Of a stretch of 64,000 nucleotides of DNA, positions 1 to 9,470 are shown piece after piece (the first letter of the stretch is position 1; every line of letters starts with the position of its first letter). The position numbers and the translations under genes were made by a program. The notes beneath the pieces were generated by a model. The model saw only the letters and a list, made by a program, of their open reading frames with translations, searched no databases and had not been told where the DNA came from. This DNA comes from an uncultured Verrucomicrobiota bacterium (GTDB lineage: Bacteria; Verrucomicrobiota; Kiritimatiellia; JAAZAB01), in contig CAYYWX010000012.1 of the NCBI GenBank assembly GCA_964475405.1, forward strand, positions 2,679-66,678. The letters are read 5' to 3'.

Positions 1-59
1 AACTTCTGAGCCTGCTTATAATCTTTTGTTTTGACCGCCCTGGTGCTATCTTCATACTC

Positions 60-338
60 ATGAAATTGGGACCGAAGCCTGTCCGGAAATGTTATCGCTG
101 CCGGCTGAACCTCGGGGACCATTGCTGGACGTTTGCCCGGCCGCGACTTCAATGGAGCGGGAAAAAGTGCCCGGGATTTGAGAATGAAGAATTATACCGG
201 CAGTTCGACAAATGGCAGGAAGAACCGCACGTTAAAACCCGGAAACAACTCCGGCAGGAAATGTTCCGATCGGCCAAGCAGGCCATGCGCCTGCATTATT
301 CCATCAAGCAAAGCAGGAAACAATGCCGAAAGAAATGA
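60..338 (+). CDS. Small basic Cys-rich hypothetical protein (possible Zn-binding)
   Basis: 92-aa ORF with CxxC...HC...C; extended -10 (TGCTATCTT) ends 7 nt before the ATG; overlaps the hflX start. Confidence 0.6.
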   Translation: MKLGPKPVRKCYRCRLNLGDHCWTFARPRLQWSGKKCPGFENEELYRQFDKWQEEPHVKTRKQLRQEMFRSAKQAMRLHYSIKQSRKQCRKK

Positions 339-1465
339 CCAGCAATGACGCTGAAGAGCGCGCCCTGCTCGTGCAGGCAATCATCGGCCGGCAAAATGCC
401 GGTGAAGCCGCGGATTCCATTGCCGAGCTGGAACGCCTGGCTGACACGGCCGGCGCCCGTGTCCTCGGAAGCATTACCCAGCGCCGGGACCATCCGGACG
501 CGGCATTTTTCATCGGGCAGGGTAAACTGGCTGAAATCCAGCTGGCCGGCCGGGAAAGCGGAGCAAACCTGATAATATTTGACAATGATCTATCGCCTGT
601 CCAGGTGAACAACCTCGACCTGGCGATCGGCCTCAAGGTAATTGACCGCACCGAATTGATCCTGCAGATATTCGCCCGCCGCGCCCGGACCGCCGAAGCC
701 CATGTCCAGGTTGAGCTGGCGCAGCTGCAATATCTTGCCTCGCGGATTCCCGTCTCCCAGAAACAACACCGGTTCACCGGCGGCATCGGCATGCGCGGTC
801 CCGGCGAGAGCCCGTTTCAATTGCGCCGCGCGCCGATGGTAAGACGCATTACCGTTTTGAAAGGGAAATTAAAGGAAATGCAGAAGCGGCGCGAGCGGAC
901 CCGGGAAAGGCGCCCGTGGCCGCTGGTTTCACTGGTGGGATACACCAACGCCGGCAAATCAACCCTGCTCAACGCGCTCACCGCCGCGGAAGCCTACGTG
1001 GACGACCGCCTGTTTGCCACACTGGACACAAAAAGCAGGCTGCTTTATCTCTCCCCCGACCTGAAGGTCATGCTGACCGACACGGTCGGTTTCATCCGCC
1101 ACCTGCCCCACGGCCTGGTGGCATCCTTCCGCTCAACGCTTGAAGAAATCAGCGAATCAAACCTGCTTTTGATCGTGGCGGAGGCTTCCCACCCCTATGT
1201 CCGCGAGCACCTGAAAGTTGTCCAGGAAACTCTTGAAGAAATGCGGGCGGACAAAATCCCCCGTATCCTGCTGATGAACAAGGCGGACCGGCTTGCCGAC
1301 CAAGCCGAATTAACGCGCGAGTTCCCGCAGGCGCTTTTCATTTCGGCATTGAACAATGCCGGCTTGCAGGACCTGAAAGAACGGATTGCCGGGATGATGC
1401 CGGTTGATAACCCGGATTTATCACAGGAAAATCGCCTGCGAGACATGCGCTTTTGCCGCAATTAA
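323..1465 (+). CDS. hflX: Ribosome-splitting GTPase HflX
   Basis: FDNDLSPVQ, GIGMRGPGES, G1 GYTNAGKS, LFATLDT, DTVGF, NKAD motifs; last ~18 aa are encoded by the MITE. Confidence 0.97.
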   Translation: MPKEMTSNDAEERALLVQAIIGRQNAGEAADSIAELERLADTAGARVLGSITQRRDHPDAAFFIGQGKLAEIQLAGRESGANLIIFDNDLSPVQVNNLDLAIGLKVIDRTELILQIFARRARTAEAHVQVELAQLQYLASRIPVSQKQHRFTGGIGMRGPGESPFQLRRAPMVRRITVLKGKLKEMQKRRERTRERRPWPLVSLVGYTNAGKSTLLNALTAAEAYVDDRLFATLDTKSRLLYLSPDLKVMLTDTVGFIRHLPHGLVASFRSTLEEISESNLLLIVAEASHPYVREHLKVVQETLEEMRADKIPRILLMNKADRLADQAELTREFPQALFISALNNAGLQDLKERIAGMMPVDNPDLSQENRLRDMRFCRN

Positions 1466-1754
1466 TTGCGGCAAAAGTTTCGGCCTCCGCCACTGGTGGA
1501 TTGCTCCCCTCGGCCTGAGTGAGCTCGGGACGAAGGCAAGATAGCCCTTGAGCGCCATAAGGTTAACCATGAGCAAGCCCCGATTTTGGGGCGCGCCCGG
1601 CCTCCCGCCTTCGCGAAGCCCTCGCTTCGGTGGGCGCAGGAAGGTCGCAGCCAGGAGGCTTTGCTACGGCGGAGTAGGCTCGAATCCCACCTGTCCTGAG
1701 CAATGTCGAAGGAAGGGGCGCATTTCTCACGCAAAGCGTGAGAAATGCGGGCTA
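1408..1754. mobile_element. MITE-like element copy 1, carrying nested REP insertions
   Basis: Ends TAACCCGGATTTATCACA...CGTGAGAAATGCGGGCTA; colinear with the reverse complement of 2452-2663 apart from two internal insertions. Confidence 0.8.
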
Positions 1755-1773
1755 AACGGGCTCAAGAATAATC

Positions 1774-1802
1774 TTGGCAAAGTGATTCAATCCAATTATT
1801 TT
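1774..1802 (+). promoter_or_regulatory. Putative sigma70 promoter for the DUF151 gene
   Basis: TTGGCA-17 nt-TATTTT. Confidence 0.45.
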
Positions 1803-1821
1803 ACGAGTAAAGGCGAAAATA

Positions 1822-2373
1822 ATGATCGCGGTCAAGGTCAGTCAAATATCGCTCTCCAACATGGGGTTTGTGGTTTTCCTCAAGGATGAAACCGGCAACC
1901 GTTCGCTGCCGATTTTTATCGGCGCGCCGGAAGCGCAGGCCATCGCCTTCGTGCTGGAAAATGTCAAGCCGCCCAGGCCGCTGACCCATGATCTATTCAA
2001 GAACCTGATGGACAACCTTGAATGCCGGATTAAAAGGATTGAAGTCTGCGATTTAAAGGACAACACATTTTTCGCCAGGCTTTTCCTTGAATGGAACGGT
2101 GTGGAAATAGAGCTTGATTCCCGTCCGAGCGACGCGATCGCGCTGGCGCTGCGTTTCGCGGCGCCGATCTTCGTGGAAGATGAGATCATGGAATCGGCGG
2201 GAATAATGATCAAGGAAGACGACACGGCGCCGCAAAACGAGCAAGAACCGAAACCCGGGATTTCACCGGCTGAGGCGCTGAAGCGGAAACTTGACAAGGC
2301 GGTGAGCGAGGAGCGTTATGAGGATGCCGCCAAATTACGGGATGAATTGAAAAAAATAAGCGGTTCAAATTGA
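1822..2373 (+). CDS. Bifunctional nuclease family (DUF151) protein with C-terminal UVR domain
   Basis: LPIFIGAPEAQAI, PPRPLTHDL, DSRPSDAIALA, EERYEDAAKLRDE. Confidence 0.93.
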   Translation: MIAVKVSQISLSNMGFVVFLKDETGNRSLPIFIGAPEAQAIAFVLENVKPPRPLTHDLFKNLMDNLECRIKRIEVCDLKDNTFFARLFLEWNGVEIELDSRPSDAIALALRFAAPIFVEDEIMESAGIMIKEDDTAPQNEQEPKPGISPAEALKRKLDKAVSEERYEDAAKLRDELKKISGSN

Positions 2374-2451
2374 CCCATGGGTTTAGACCAATAGAATTTT
2401 CGATTTCAACAAATATCGACAATTCAAAACAGCACTACTCTTCCTTCAGCC

Positions 2452-2663
2452 TAACCCGCATTTCTCACACCTTGTGCGAGAAATGCGCCTAAAAGGCTTC
2501 GACGCACCCCAAAACCGGGGTTTGCTCAGGGTTTGCCTTTCGTCGCGTCGAAGGGTTATCTTGAGCAATCCGCCAGTGGCGGAGGCCAAAACTTTTGTCG
2601 CAAAGGATTGCGGCAAAAGCGCATGTCTCGCAGGCGGTTTTCGCCTGTGTGATATGCGGGCTA
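2452..2663. mobile_element. MITE-like element copy 2 (212 bp, inverted relative to copy 1)
   Basis: Imperfect TIRs TAACCCGCATTTCTCACA / TGTGATATGCGGGCTA; hairpins at both ends; no credible ORF. Confidence 0.8.
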
Positions 2664-2686
2664 AACACCTACAGCCTATTTTTAAT

Positions 2687-5239
2687 TCATTCCTTGACGG
2701 AAGCGGGGGCGTTTGAAATTCGCATCTCAAAATCCTTGTTCGGCGGATTATCCGCGGGCGCCGCGGAAGCGTCGGCCGGAACAGCGTCTTTTTTGTTATT
2801 GCGCGTTTTGTTCTTATTCTGCGCGGGAGGCTTGATTTCCTCCGAAGTGGAAGGCAAGACCTCGCGTGTTTTCTTTTCCTCCCGCCTGGTGGCGCGGATT
2901 TCATCCGCCGACGGCGAGGCGAGGTCGCTCGGCGACCAGCCCCTGGTCCAGAGGTTGGAAACACTCTTGAGACTGGCCTGCCGACGGGCGGTTTCGCCAT
3001 AGGCCTCCTCGGGCGTATCCAGCACATAAGGGGTGAGCATCACCATAAGCTCCACGCGTTTTTCCTCATAAGTATCACTGCGGAAGAGGTATCCCAGGAG
3101 GGGAATATCGCCCAGGAAAGGAATCTTGGCCCTTGATTTCCGCTTGTCCTCGGACACAATGCCGCCGATCACGATCGTACGCCCGTCATTCACGGAAATG
3201 GAAGCGTTAAAATCGCGGGTGATAATCACCGGGACCGGGTTACCGTCAATGGTCACGTCTTCTCCTTTGTTGTCAACCTTCTGCTTGACATCCATGACCA
3301 CAAATCCCTTTTTATTGATATGCGGGGTAACCTGCAGGTCAATGCCGATCGGAACGTATTGATAAGCGGATTGCTGGACTCCGCCGCCGGAAATGCTGGT
3401 GGACGTCACAATCGGACGTTTTTCGCCGACGAGGATTTTTGCCTCTTTGTTATTCGTGGTTAAAATGACAGGCGTGGCAAGGATTTTCGCCTCGCCGGAT
3501 GATGCCAGCATGTTCAAAACCGCGTCAATATTGTAGTCGAAAAACGTGAAATAATAAGTCAGGCCGGATCCTTTGCCGGTGGTGTTATCGGCAATAGTGT
3601 TAATGCTTGCGCCGTCCTTGATGTCGCCGGCGGTGCCGGCGCGACTGGCGCCGGAAAATCCGAGAAACGCGTTCCGGCCGCCACCCTGCTTCTTATTGTA
3701 GGCGATCATTGAACGCTGAAGCCAGTCAATCCCCATTTTGAACTGCTCGCTCAAATCCACTTCAATAATTACGACTTCAATCAGGACCTGGGAGAGCGCG
3801 ATGTCCACTTTTAGAATAACATCCTCAATCAGCTCCATGTCCGCCTTGCAGGCCATGATCAGGAGGGCGTTAATCCGGCTGTCGGAGATCACCTTCACAT
3901 CGGAGGACAGTTTCCCGCTGATCTGGGTCTCTCCCGAATCCGAAGATTTGGAGTCCTTTTTATCCTTTTGCTGGTCCTTGGCCTGCTGGTCCTTGGCCTG
4001 TTCGGCAATTGGCATAAACGGCTGGGATTGTCCGGATTTGCCGCCGCCGGATGAAGATGAAGCCGAGATAAAATTATTCAAAATTGCGACCACATCCTTG
4101 GCATCGGCATATTCAAGCGTAAGAACCTTGATATTGACATCCGGCTCAACCTGCTGATCCAGGGTTTTGATGATATTTTCAAGAAAACCGAATTGTTCCG
4201 TCCGGGTGATGATGATGAGCGAGTTGATGCGGTCATCCGCCACCATTTTCACCCTGCTTTGAATCAAACCGCGGTCCAATGCTCCGCCGGAAGTTTCAGT
4301 GCTTGCGCCGCCCGGAACGGAAGGAAGCGCCTGCCCCGGCTGCCCGGGCTGAAAAGGCATGCGGGCCGCGGTCAACTGCTGGCGGATAACCCTGGCCTTG
4401 GTGTCCTTGGCCTGGGTGTCGGCAATAATGGCCTCGATCTTGCTTTGAATTTCCGTGGCCTTGGCGAATTTGATCTGGAAGATGCGCAACGTCTCCTTGC
4501 TCTCGATCGGCTGATCAATTATTTCCAGGATTTCCATGATCCTTTTGAGATTGTTGGCGGTCTCGGTAATCAGCAGGCAATTGACCCTTTCGAGCGGAAT
4601 GATCTTGGCATAGGGATGAAGGAAAGACTGGATCGCCGTCTGGGCTTCCGTCATTTCCAGGTTCTTTAATTCAACTATGCGGCTCACGAGATGGTCGGTC
4701 GTGGAAATATCTTTTTCCAACGCGCCTGATTCGGTTTTCATGCCGTGCTGGCGGGCCGTGTCAATTTTTACGACCTTCAGGAATTTATCCCCCATCGGCA
4801 CGAGGGCGATGCCGTTCATCGCAAGCACGCCTTCTATCGCGAGAAGGGCCTCGCGTTTCGGCAGGCGTTTCGGGCATTTGAGCGTAATTTTAACGGCGGG
4901 GACATCCGGGGACTTCATGAGCGCCAGCCCGGTCCAGTCGCTGTACTGCTTGATCACCTCTTCCGAGTCCATGTTTTCATATTTAAGGCCGACCAGCATG
5001 TCATTCTGCGCGGTCCCCGGCGTCAAGGGGAAGAGCGCCGGCAGGGCCTGGACCTTGTTGGTGCCGATGAATTCCTGCTCTTCTTCCTCTTCTTCATCCT
5101 GGCCGGATGATACCCAGGGCGCCAGGACCAGAAGGACCAGGAGCGCCGGCCACAGCAGTTTTTTATTTCCAGCCATTTTTTTCATTTTCCGCATCCGTTC
5201 AAACGCATCAAAAACCTGTTCGCTATTACAAGAAGGCAT
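2687..5239 (-). CDS. gspD: Type II secretion secretin GspD
   Basis: Signal peptide, repeated N domains, QVLIEVVIIEV, secretin IPFLGDIPLLGYLF motif; true start probably at a downstream Met (MKKMAGNKK). Confidence 0.95.
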   Translation of the reverse strand: MPSCNSEQVFDAFERMRKMKKMAGNKKLLWPALLVLLVLAPWVSSGQDEEEEEEQEFIGTNKVQALPALFPLTPGTAQNDMLVGLKYENMDSEEVIKQYSDWTGLALMKSPDVPAVKITLKCPKRLPKREALLAIEGVLAMNGIALVPMGDKFLKVVKIDTARQHGMKTESGALEKDISTTDHLVSRIVELKNLEMTEAQTAIQSFLHPYAKIIPLERVNCLLITETANNLKRIMEILEIIDQPIESKETLRIFQIKFAKATEIQSKIEAIIADTQAKDTKARVIRQQLTAARMPFQPGQPGQALPSVPGGASTETSGGALDRGLIQSRVKMVADDRINSLIIITRTEQFGFLENIIKTLDQQVEPDVNIKVLTLEYADAKDVVAILNNFISASSSSGGGKSGQSQPFMPIAEQAKDQQAKDQQKDKKDSKSSDSGETQISGKLSSDVKVISDSRINALLIMACKADMELIEDVILKVDIALSQVLIEVVIIEVDLSEQFKMGIDWLQRSMIAYNKKQGGGRNAFLGFSGASRAGTAGDIKDGASINTIADNTTGKGSGLTYYFTFFDYNIDAVLNMLASSGEAKILATPVILTTNNKEAKILVGEKRPIVTSTSISGGGVQQSAYQYVPIGIDLQVTPHINKKGFVVMDVKQKVDNKGEDVTIDGNPVPVIITRDFNASISVNDGRTIVIGGIVSEDKRKSRAKIPFLGDIPLLGYLFRSDTYEEKRVELMVMLTPYVLDTPEEAYGETARRQASLKSVSNLWTRGWSPSDLASPSADEIRATRREEKKTREVLPSTSEEIKPPAQNKNKTRNNKKDAVPADASAAPADNPPNKDFEMRISNAPASVKE

Positions 5240-5273
5240 TATTGCATATTTTTAATAAATCGGCAATTATTGA

Positions 5274-5867
5274 TTATCTTTTTTTCGGACCGGGCGGGAG
5301 GGCTTTTGCGGGAACCGTGAAGGCGGCCGGCGGCTCCGCGCCGCCTTTCCGGGTATAGAGGCAAATCAACGAGAAATTACCCTTCAGGCGGCCCTTGCCG
5401 CCGGCAACGAGCGAAACGCTCAGATCGTCCACATCCATGGTCACTTTCTGCTGTTCAACCGCGTGCAGAAAATGGATCAACGCTCCCAGGTCCGACTCCC
5501 AGGTGCAATCAATCGCCAGCTCATAAAGTTCATTGTGTTTCTTTTCCTTCTGCGGCTGGCGCTTGGAAAGGATAACGCCGTTTTCCTTGACGACCGTTTC
5601 AAGAATTTTCAGGTAATCGGCGGTTACATCCTGGTCAGCCGGATATTTTGTCAGTTTCTGGGCGACGTCCTGCAGTCGCTTGTTCCACTGGTCACGCTGG
5701 GCGACAAGCCGCTCCGCCACCTCAATCCGGCGCGCGACCGTTTCCCTCTTATCGGTCAGTTCCTTCCAGACCTTGACCTTGGGCGAACAAATCCACAGGG
5801 AAATCGCGACCAGGATCGCGAGGCCGGTCATCCAGCCAAGAAACAATTCTCTTGATGTAACTTTCAC
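5274..5867 (-). CDS. gspM: T2SS GspM / PilO-like inner-membrane platform protein
   Basis: N-terminal TM, coiled coil, predicted ferredoxin-like C-terminus; lies between gspL and gspD. Confidence 0.75.
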   Translation of the reverse strand: MKVTSRELFLGWMTGLAILVAISLWICSPKVKVWKELTDKRETVARRIEVAERLVAQRDQWNKRLQDVAQKLTKYPADQDVTADYLKILETVVKENGVILSKRQPQKEKKHNELYELAIDCTWESDLGALIHFLHAVEQQKVTMDVDDLSVSLVAGGKGRLKGNFSLICLYTRKGGAEPPAAFTVPAKALPPGPKKR

Positions 5868-7378
5868 TTTTTCACCTCGGCCGCGTCCTTGAACCTGGCC
5901 GTCATATTGAAGGTGTTCACGCTGACATCCTTGCGTTTTCCGGGTTGAACGGGGCCCATCTCAATTTTCCCGAACAACTGCGACTTATCCAGAACCTGTT
6001 TGTAATCATAAATGGCGTTGACCGCCAGCGCCTCGCCGCGGATTACGATGCTTTTGCCCTTCTTGAACTGGAAAGAAGTCAGGAAAACATCTTTCGGCAG
6101 ATTCTGGCTGACTTCCCGAAGGCATTCCAGGGCCGAATTTTTCCGGTCAAGATACTGCTCAAAGGACCTGGCCTGGTTTTGCATCATGCGCACGTCCTCG
6201 GCCGGCTTGTGCAGGGCGGTCATTTTTCTTTCCAGCTTTGCCATCCGGAAGTACTGGTATTGATAAACGCCGAGAAAAACGGCCATGGCCGCCAGCCAGG
6301 CAACCAATACGCCGATGGATGCCGCCAGCAGCCGCCGGCGCATGCGCCGGGCGATGACCGTGGCGCGCCAGGCCGCCGGAACCAGGTCAAGCACCGCCCG
6401 GCTGTTACGGGCGCGGGTCAACGAAGACAGAAGGCCGGTCCCGATGGAACGCCGCGCCAATCCCTCGCTGATCGGCGCCAATGAGTCCAGGGAATGAATT
6501 GCGGCTTCATGCCGGATCTCTTCGCGCAAGGCGGACGACAAAACACCGCTGTCAATCCCCCGGCAATATATTTCCAGGCCTGAAAGCGGCACGCTGCCGT
6601 GTTCCATATCTATCGAAAGCAGGAATGACGCGGCATCCCGCGCGATTTCCGAGGCCGACTCGCCAAAAGGCAAATCCGCCGGCACAGACAGGCTCACCGC
6701 CCGGAAAGCCAGCGGCGTCCGCCGTTGCACCGCGATCCATACTCCGCCCCATGGCTCCAGAACGAGGAACAAATAACGGCCTTCATCCGCCGGCAATACG
6801 CTCTCCGCCAGGAGATGCCACCAGGCCATGGCCTCGGCGTCAATCCGCTGGATATCCAACCCCGCCTTTTTCAGGACGCTTCCGGTCGTTTCAACCAGGT
6901 CTTTCTGCACCGCCGCGATCAGGACGCGGACTCCGGCTTCCCCGGTCGCCAGTATTTCATGGGAAACATACATCCGGTCGTCAGGAAACGGGGAAAAAGC
7001 ATCCACCTGGAGCTGAATCATATTGGCCATCTCGGCCGGATCAGTCGTCGGCAATTCGGCCACGCGCATCAGCATTTTATCGGGAGCAATTCCGACGGAC
7101 ACCGCGCCCTTTATTTCAGCGCAATGAAGCTTGATCTGTTCTTCGCGCTCCCCGGCATCCTGCGGCTTGGCGGCATCAAGGGAAAGCACGGCATTGTTTG
7201 AAGAGAGTATTTCAATGCCGGCTTTGGCGTCGCGCAAAGTGGTCCACTCGACGAAACCGTCGCCAAGCCTCAAACCGGTCACGGAATTCCGCCCGGCCAC
7301 CGGACGAAGTCCGAACAATTCGGCCGTGATGACGGTTTTTTTTCGCAGGTATTTCCAGATATCGGCAATTTTTTTCAT
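5864..7378 (-). CDS. gspL: T2SS GspL (PilM-like cytoplasmic plus PilN-like domain)
   Basis: LPTTDPAEM...SPFPDD motif, single TM, PilN-like C-terminus; start placed at MKKIAD (ORF extends to 7441). Confidence 0.82.
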   Translation of the reverse strand: MKKIADIWKYLRKKTVITAELFGLRPVAGRNSVTGLRLGDGFVEWTTLRDAKAGIEILSSNNAVLSLDAAKPQDAGEREEQIKLHCAEIKGAVSVGIAPDKMLMRVAELPTTDPAEMANMIQLQVDAFSPFPDDRMYVSHEILATGEAGVRVLIAAVQKDLVETTGSVLKKAGLDIQRIDAEAMAWWHLLAESVLPADEGRYLFLVLEPWGGVWIAVQRRTPLAFRAVSLSVPADLPFGESASEIARDAASFLLSIDMEHGSVPLSGLEIYCRGIDSGVLSSALREEIRHEAAIHSLDSLAPISEGLARRSIGTGLLSSLTRARNSRAVLDLVPAAWRATVIARRMRRRLLAASIGVLVAWLAAMAVFLGVYQYQYFRMAKLERKMTALHKPAEDVRMMQNQARSFEQYLDRKNSALECLREVSQNLPKDVFLTSFQFKKGKSIVIRGEALAVNAIYDYKQVLDKSQLFGKIEMGPVQPGKRKDVSVNTFNMTARFKDAAEVKK

Positions 7379-7437
7379 ATAGGCAAGCGTTCCCGGCCCC
7401 CTGGTTTCAGCCATTCTGCATGCTGCATTCCCATCTG

Positions 7438-8526
7438 TCAACGGGTTATCAGGTCAATTGAGGCCGAATCCCCTTCAATCCAGCTTAAAACGGTCAATTT
7501 TTTTTCGCTCAGCAGAACAACGCAGGCGCACACCCGTTCCACATCCCCCACCTTGCCGGAAGACTGGATATAAAACCGCCCCTTGGACGTAAAGGTCACA
7601 TACGGCCCGACCGACTGGTTAAGCGCCGGCACGCGGGCCAAAAGATCGCCCAAGTCCTTGAACGGCGTGTCGTCTTCCGTGCCCGGTTCGCCATCCGGCC
7701 CGGCGCGCTGGGCGATGATTTCTTCGGCCAGCTGGGCGTCCACGCCGAGGAAGGCCATGAGCGTATCGTGATCAACGGCGTTAATATTAATCGTGCGATC
7801 CTCGGCATAGGTCGTGAGGAACCGGGCCACGGCCTCATAAACCGTCTGGGTGGTGCCGGTAATAACATCATTAAATCCCTTGATAAGCGCCAGCTCGTCA
7901 ATGGTGTCGATCGGGGCGTTTTTCGACTTATAGGGCGCCTCCAATGTTTCATAATATTCCGATTCCGCCCCGTTCAAATGAGTCAATTCGTCCTGGTCAA
8001 CCCAGTCAATCAGGCAGTCTATCAGCACGTCACGCTGGTCAAACGGAACTCCGGCGGTTTCAAAAAGCGGTTCCCAAAGCTTAAAAGTTTCATCGCGGTT
8101 GTCTTTATTGATAATGCTGTTCAGGTTTATGCGGGCGTTTTCCGGGCGGATCCGGACGGTAATCGTCCCCTCACCCAGCTGCCTTGTCATTTCCGACCCA
8201 CCGCCCCGCGCCAGCGAAACCGTTGCCGAGCGCCGCTCGCTGTCGGAACCGTTGGCGACATAACCAGACACGTCCGGATTGGTCACCTCCGGGTCGGCCG
8301 TTTCCAGGAGCGCCATGCGCGCCAGTTCAATGCCCGCCCTGGACAGGTATTCCGCCTTTATTTTTTTCCGCCAGGTCGAGACAATGCGCGCCTCGATATG
8401 CATGTCAAACGCAAACGCCATCACGAACATGGAAAGCAGGCTGATGACCCAGAGCACCACGATGAGCACCGAGCCGCCCTTGCCTGATTTCCGATTTAAA
8501 TGGTTATTCATTCTGCATTCCTGCAT
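7438..8526 (-). CDS. gspK: Minor pseudopilin GspK
   Basis: G|SVLIVVLW, ENARINLN, DWVDQDE, GAESEYY, ININAV HhH motifs. Confidence 0.93.
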   Translation of the reverse strand: MQECRMNNHLNRKSGKGGSVLIVVLWVISLLSMFVMAFAFDMHIEARIVSTWRKKIKAEYLSRAGIELARMALLETADPEVTNPDVSGYVANGSDSERRSATVSLARGGGSEMTRQLGEGTITVRIRPENARINLNSIINKDNRDETFKLWEPLFETAGVPFDQRDVLIDCLIDWVDQDELTHLNGAESEYYETLEAPYKSKNAPIDTIDELALIKGFNDVITGTTQTVYEAVARFLTTYAEDRTININAVDHDTLMAFLGVDAQLAEEIIAQRAGPDGEPGTEDDTPFKDLGDLLARVPALNQSVGPYVTFTSKGRFYIQSSGKVGDVERVCACVVLLSEKKLTVLSWIEGDSASIDLITR

Positions 8527-8600
8527 TTCGCGTCATCCCGAGGCGCTTCGCGCCCGGGATAAGCGACCACTTGGCCCATTGGGCCGATGTGGCTTCATTT

Positions 8601-9470
8601 TCATTTCCCGCCCTGGCCCGTGCTCCAGGAAAGCGGCGCGACCGGGATTTCAACCACCCTTTTGATTTCAACCGGATCTTCGCGCGCCTCGATCGGCTCA
8701 AGATATAAAACCATTTCAACCGCCAGCGGCAGGCGATTGGTGTTCTCGGACGCCCATTCGTCCTCCCATTTCCAACCCTCATTCTCATCCGCCTCCTTGG
8801 CAACCCGGAAATTGATCCCCATTACTTTTTCGGAAATAAAAAACGGCTGTATATCATCGGAATTAAAATCTATGGCGTTGCCGTAAGGCCGCCAGGCGCG
8901 CGAGGTCACCGCCAGCCGGCCGTCCTCGTCTTCCTCAACCGAAATCTTGACGCGATGCAATCCGCGCCAGAGCGCGTCTTCGGGGCCGAGCAGGGCGGAA
9001 CCGGTCTTCACCCAGCTGATTGAATCCCGCGCCGTTGATCCATCGCCGTTATTAACCAGGATAAACCCGTAGTCGCTGGAGGAGGACGCCGTCACGGTGG
9101 CACCGGTCGCGGCGGCATTGGTATTCGCCGCCTGCGAATTGGTGGCGGACTGGGAAGACGACTGCCGGACGGGAAAAAACGCCGAGCGGAGCCCGCAGGC
9201 CAGCTGTTCCATGATGAACTCACCCCGGTTGAGACTTTCGGCCATGGTTTGTCCCCGCTGCCAGGCCTTGGAAATGCTGTAAAAAGTGCTGAATGTTATG
9301 CCGAGCGCGATTACCATCAGCGCCAGCGCAACCATCAGTTCGATCAGGGTGAATCCGGCTGCCCGGAATCTTGAGTTTTCCGATATAAAACGAAAAGCAT
9401 TCAAAGATCCGGAAACATTCAACTTTGAACGCTGAACGTTGAACTTTGAACCTGTATCGTCATTCTTCAT
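8601..9470 (-). CDS. gspJ: Minor pseudopilin GspJ
   Basis: G|FTLIELMVAL prepilin motif, C-terminal LPLAVEM; start placed at the ATG overlapping the gspI end (ORF extends to 9614). Confidence 0.85.
   Translation of the reverse strand: MKNDDTGSKFNVQRSKLNVSGSLNAFRFISENSRFRAAGFTLIELMVALALMVIALGITFSTFYSISKAWQRGQTMAESLNRGEFIMEQLACGLRSAFFPVRQSSSQSATNSQAANTNAAATGATVTASSSSDYGFILVNNGDGSTARDSISWVKTGSALLGPEDALWRGLHRVKISVEEDEDGRLAVTSRAWRPYGNAIDFNSDDIQPFFISEKVMGINFRVAKEADENEGWKWEDEWASENTNRLPLAVEMVLYLEPIEAREDPVEIKRVVEIPVAPLSWSTGQGGK
9417..9451. repeat. Five degenerate 7-mer tandem repeats (TTTGAAC-type) in the gspJ leader
   Basis: attcaac tttgaac gctgaac gttgaac tttgaac. Confidence 0.8.

Noticed and set aside
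1462-2716. ORFs 1462-1734, 1548-1889, 2446-3027 and 2474-2716
   Set aside because: They read through MITE/REP DNA or shadow real genes, with no protein-like signal
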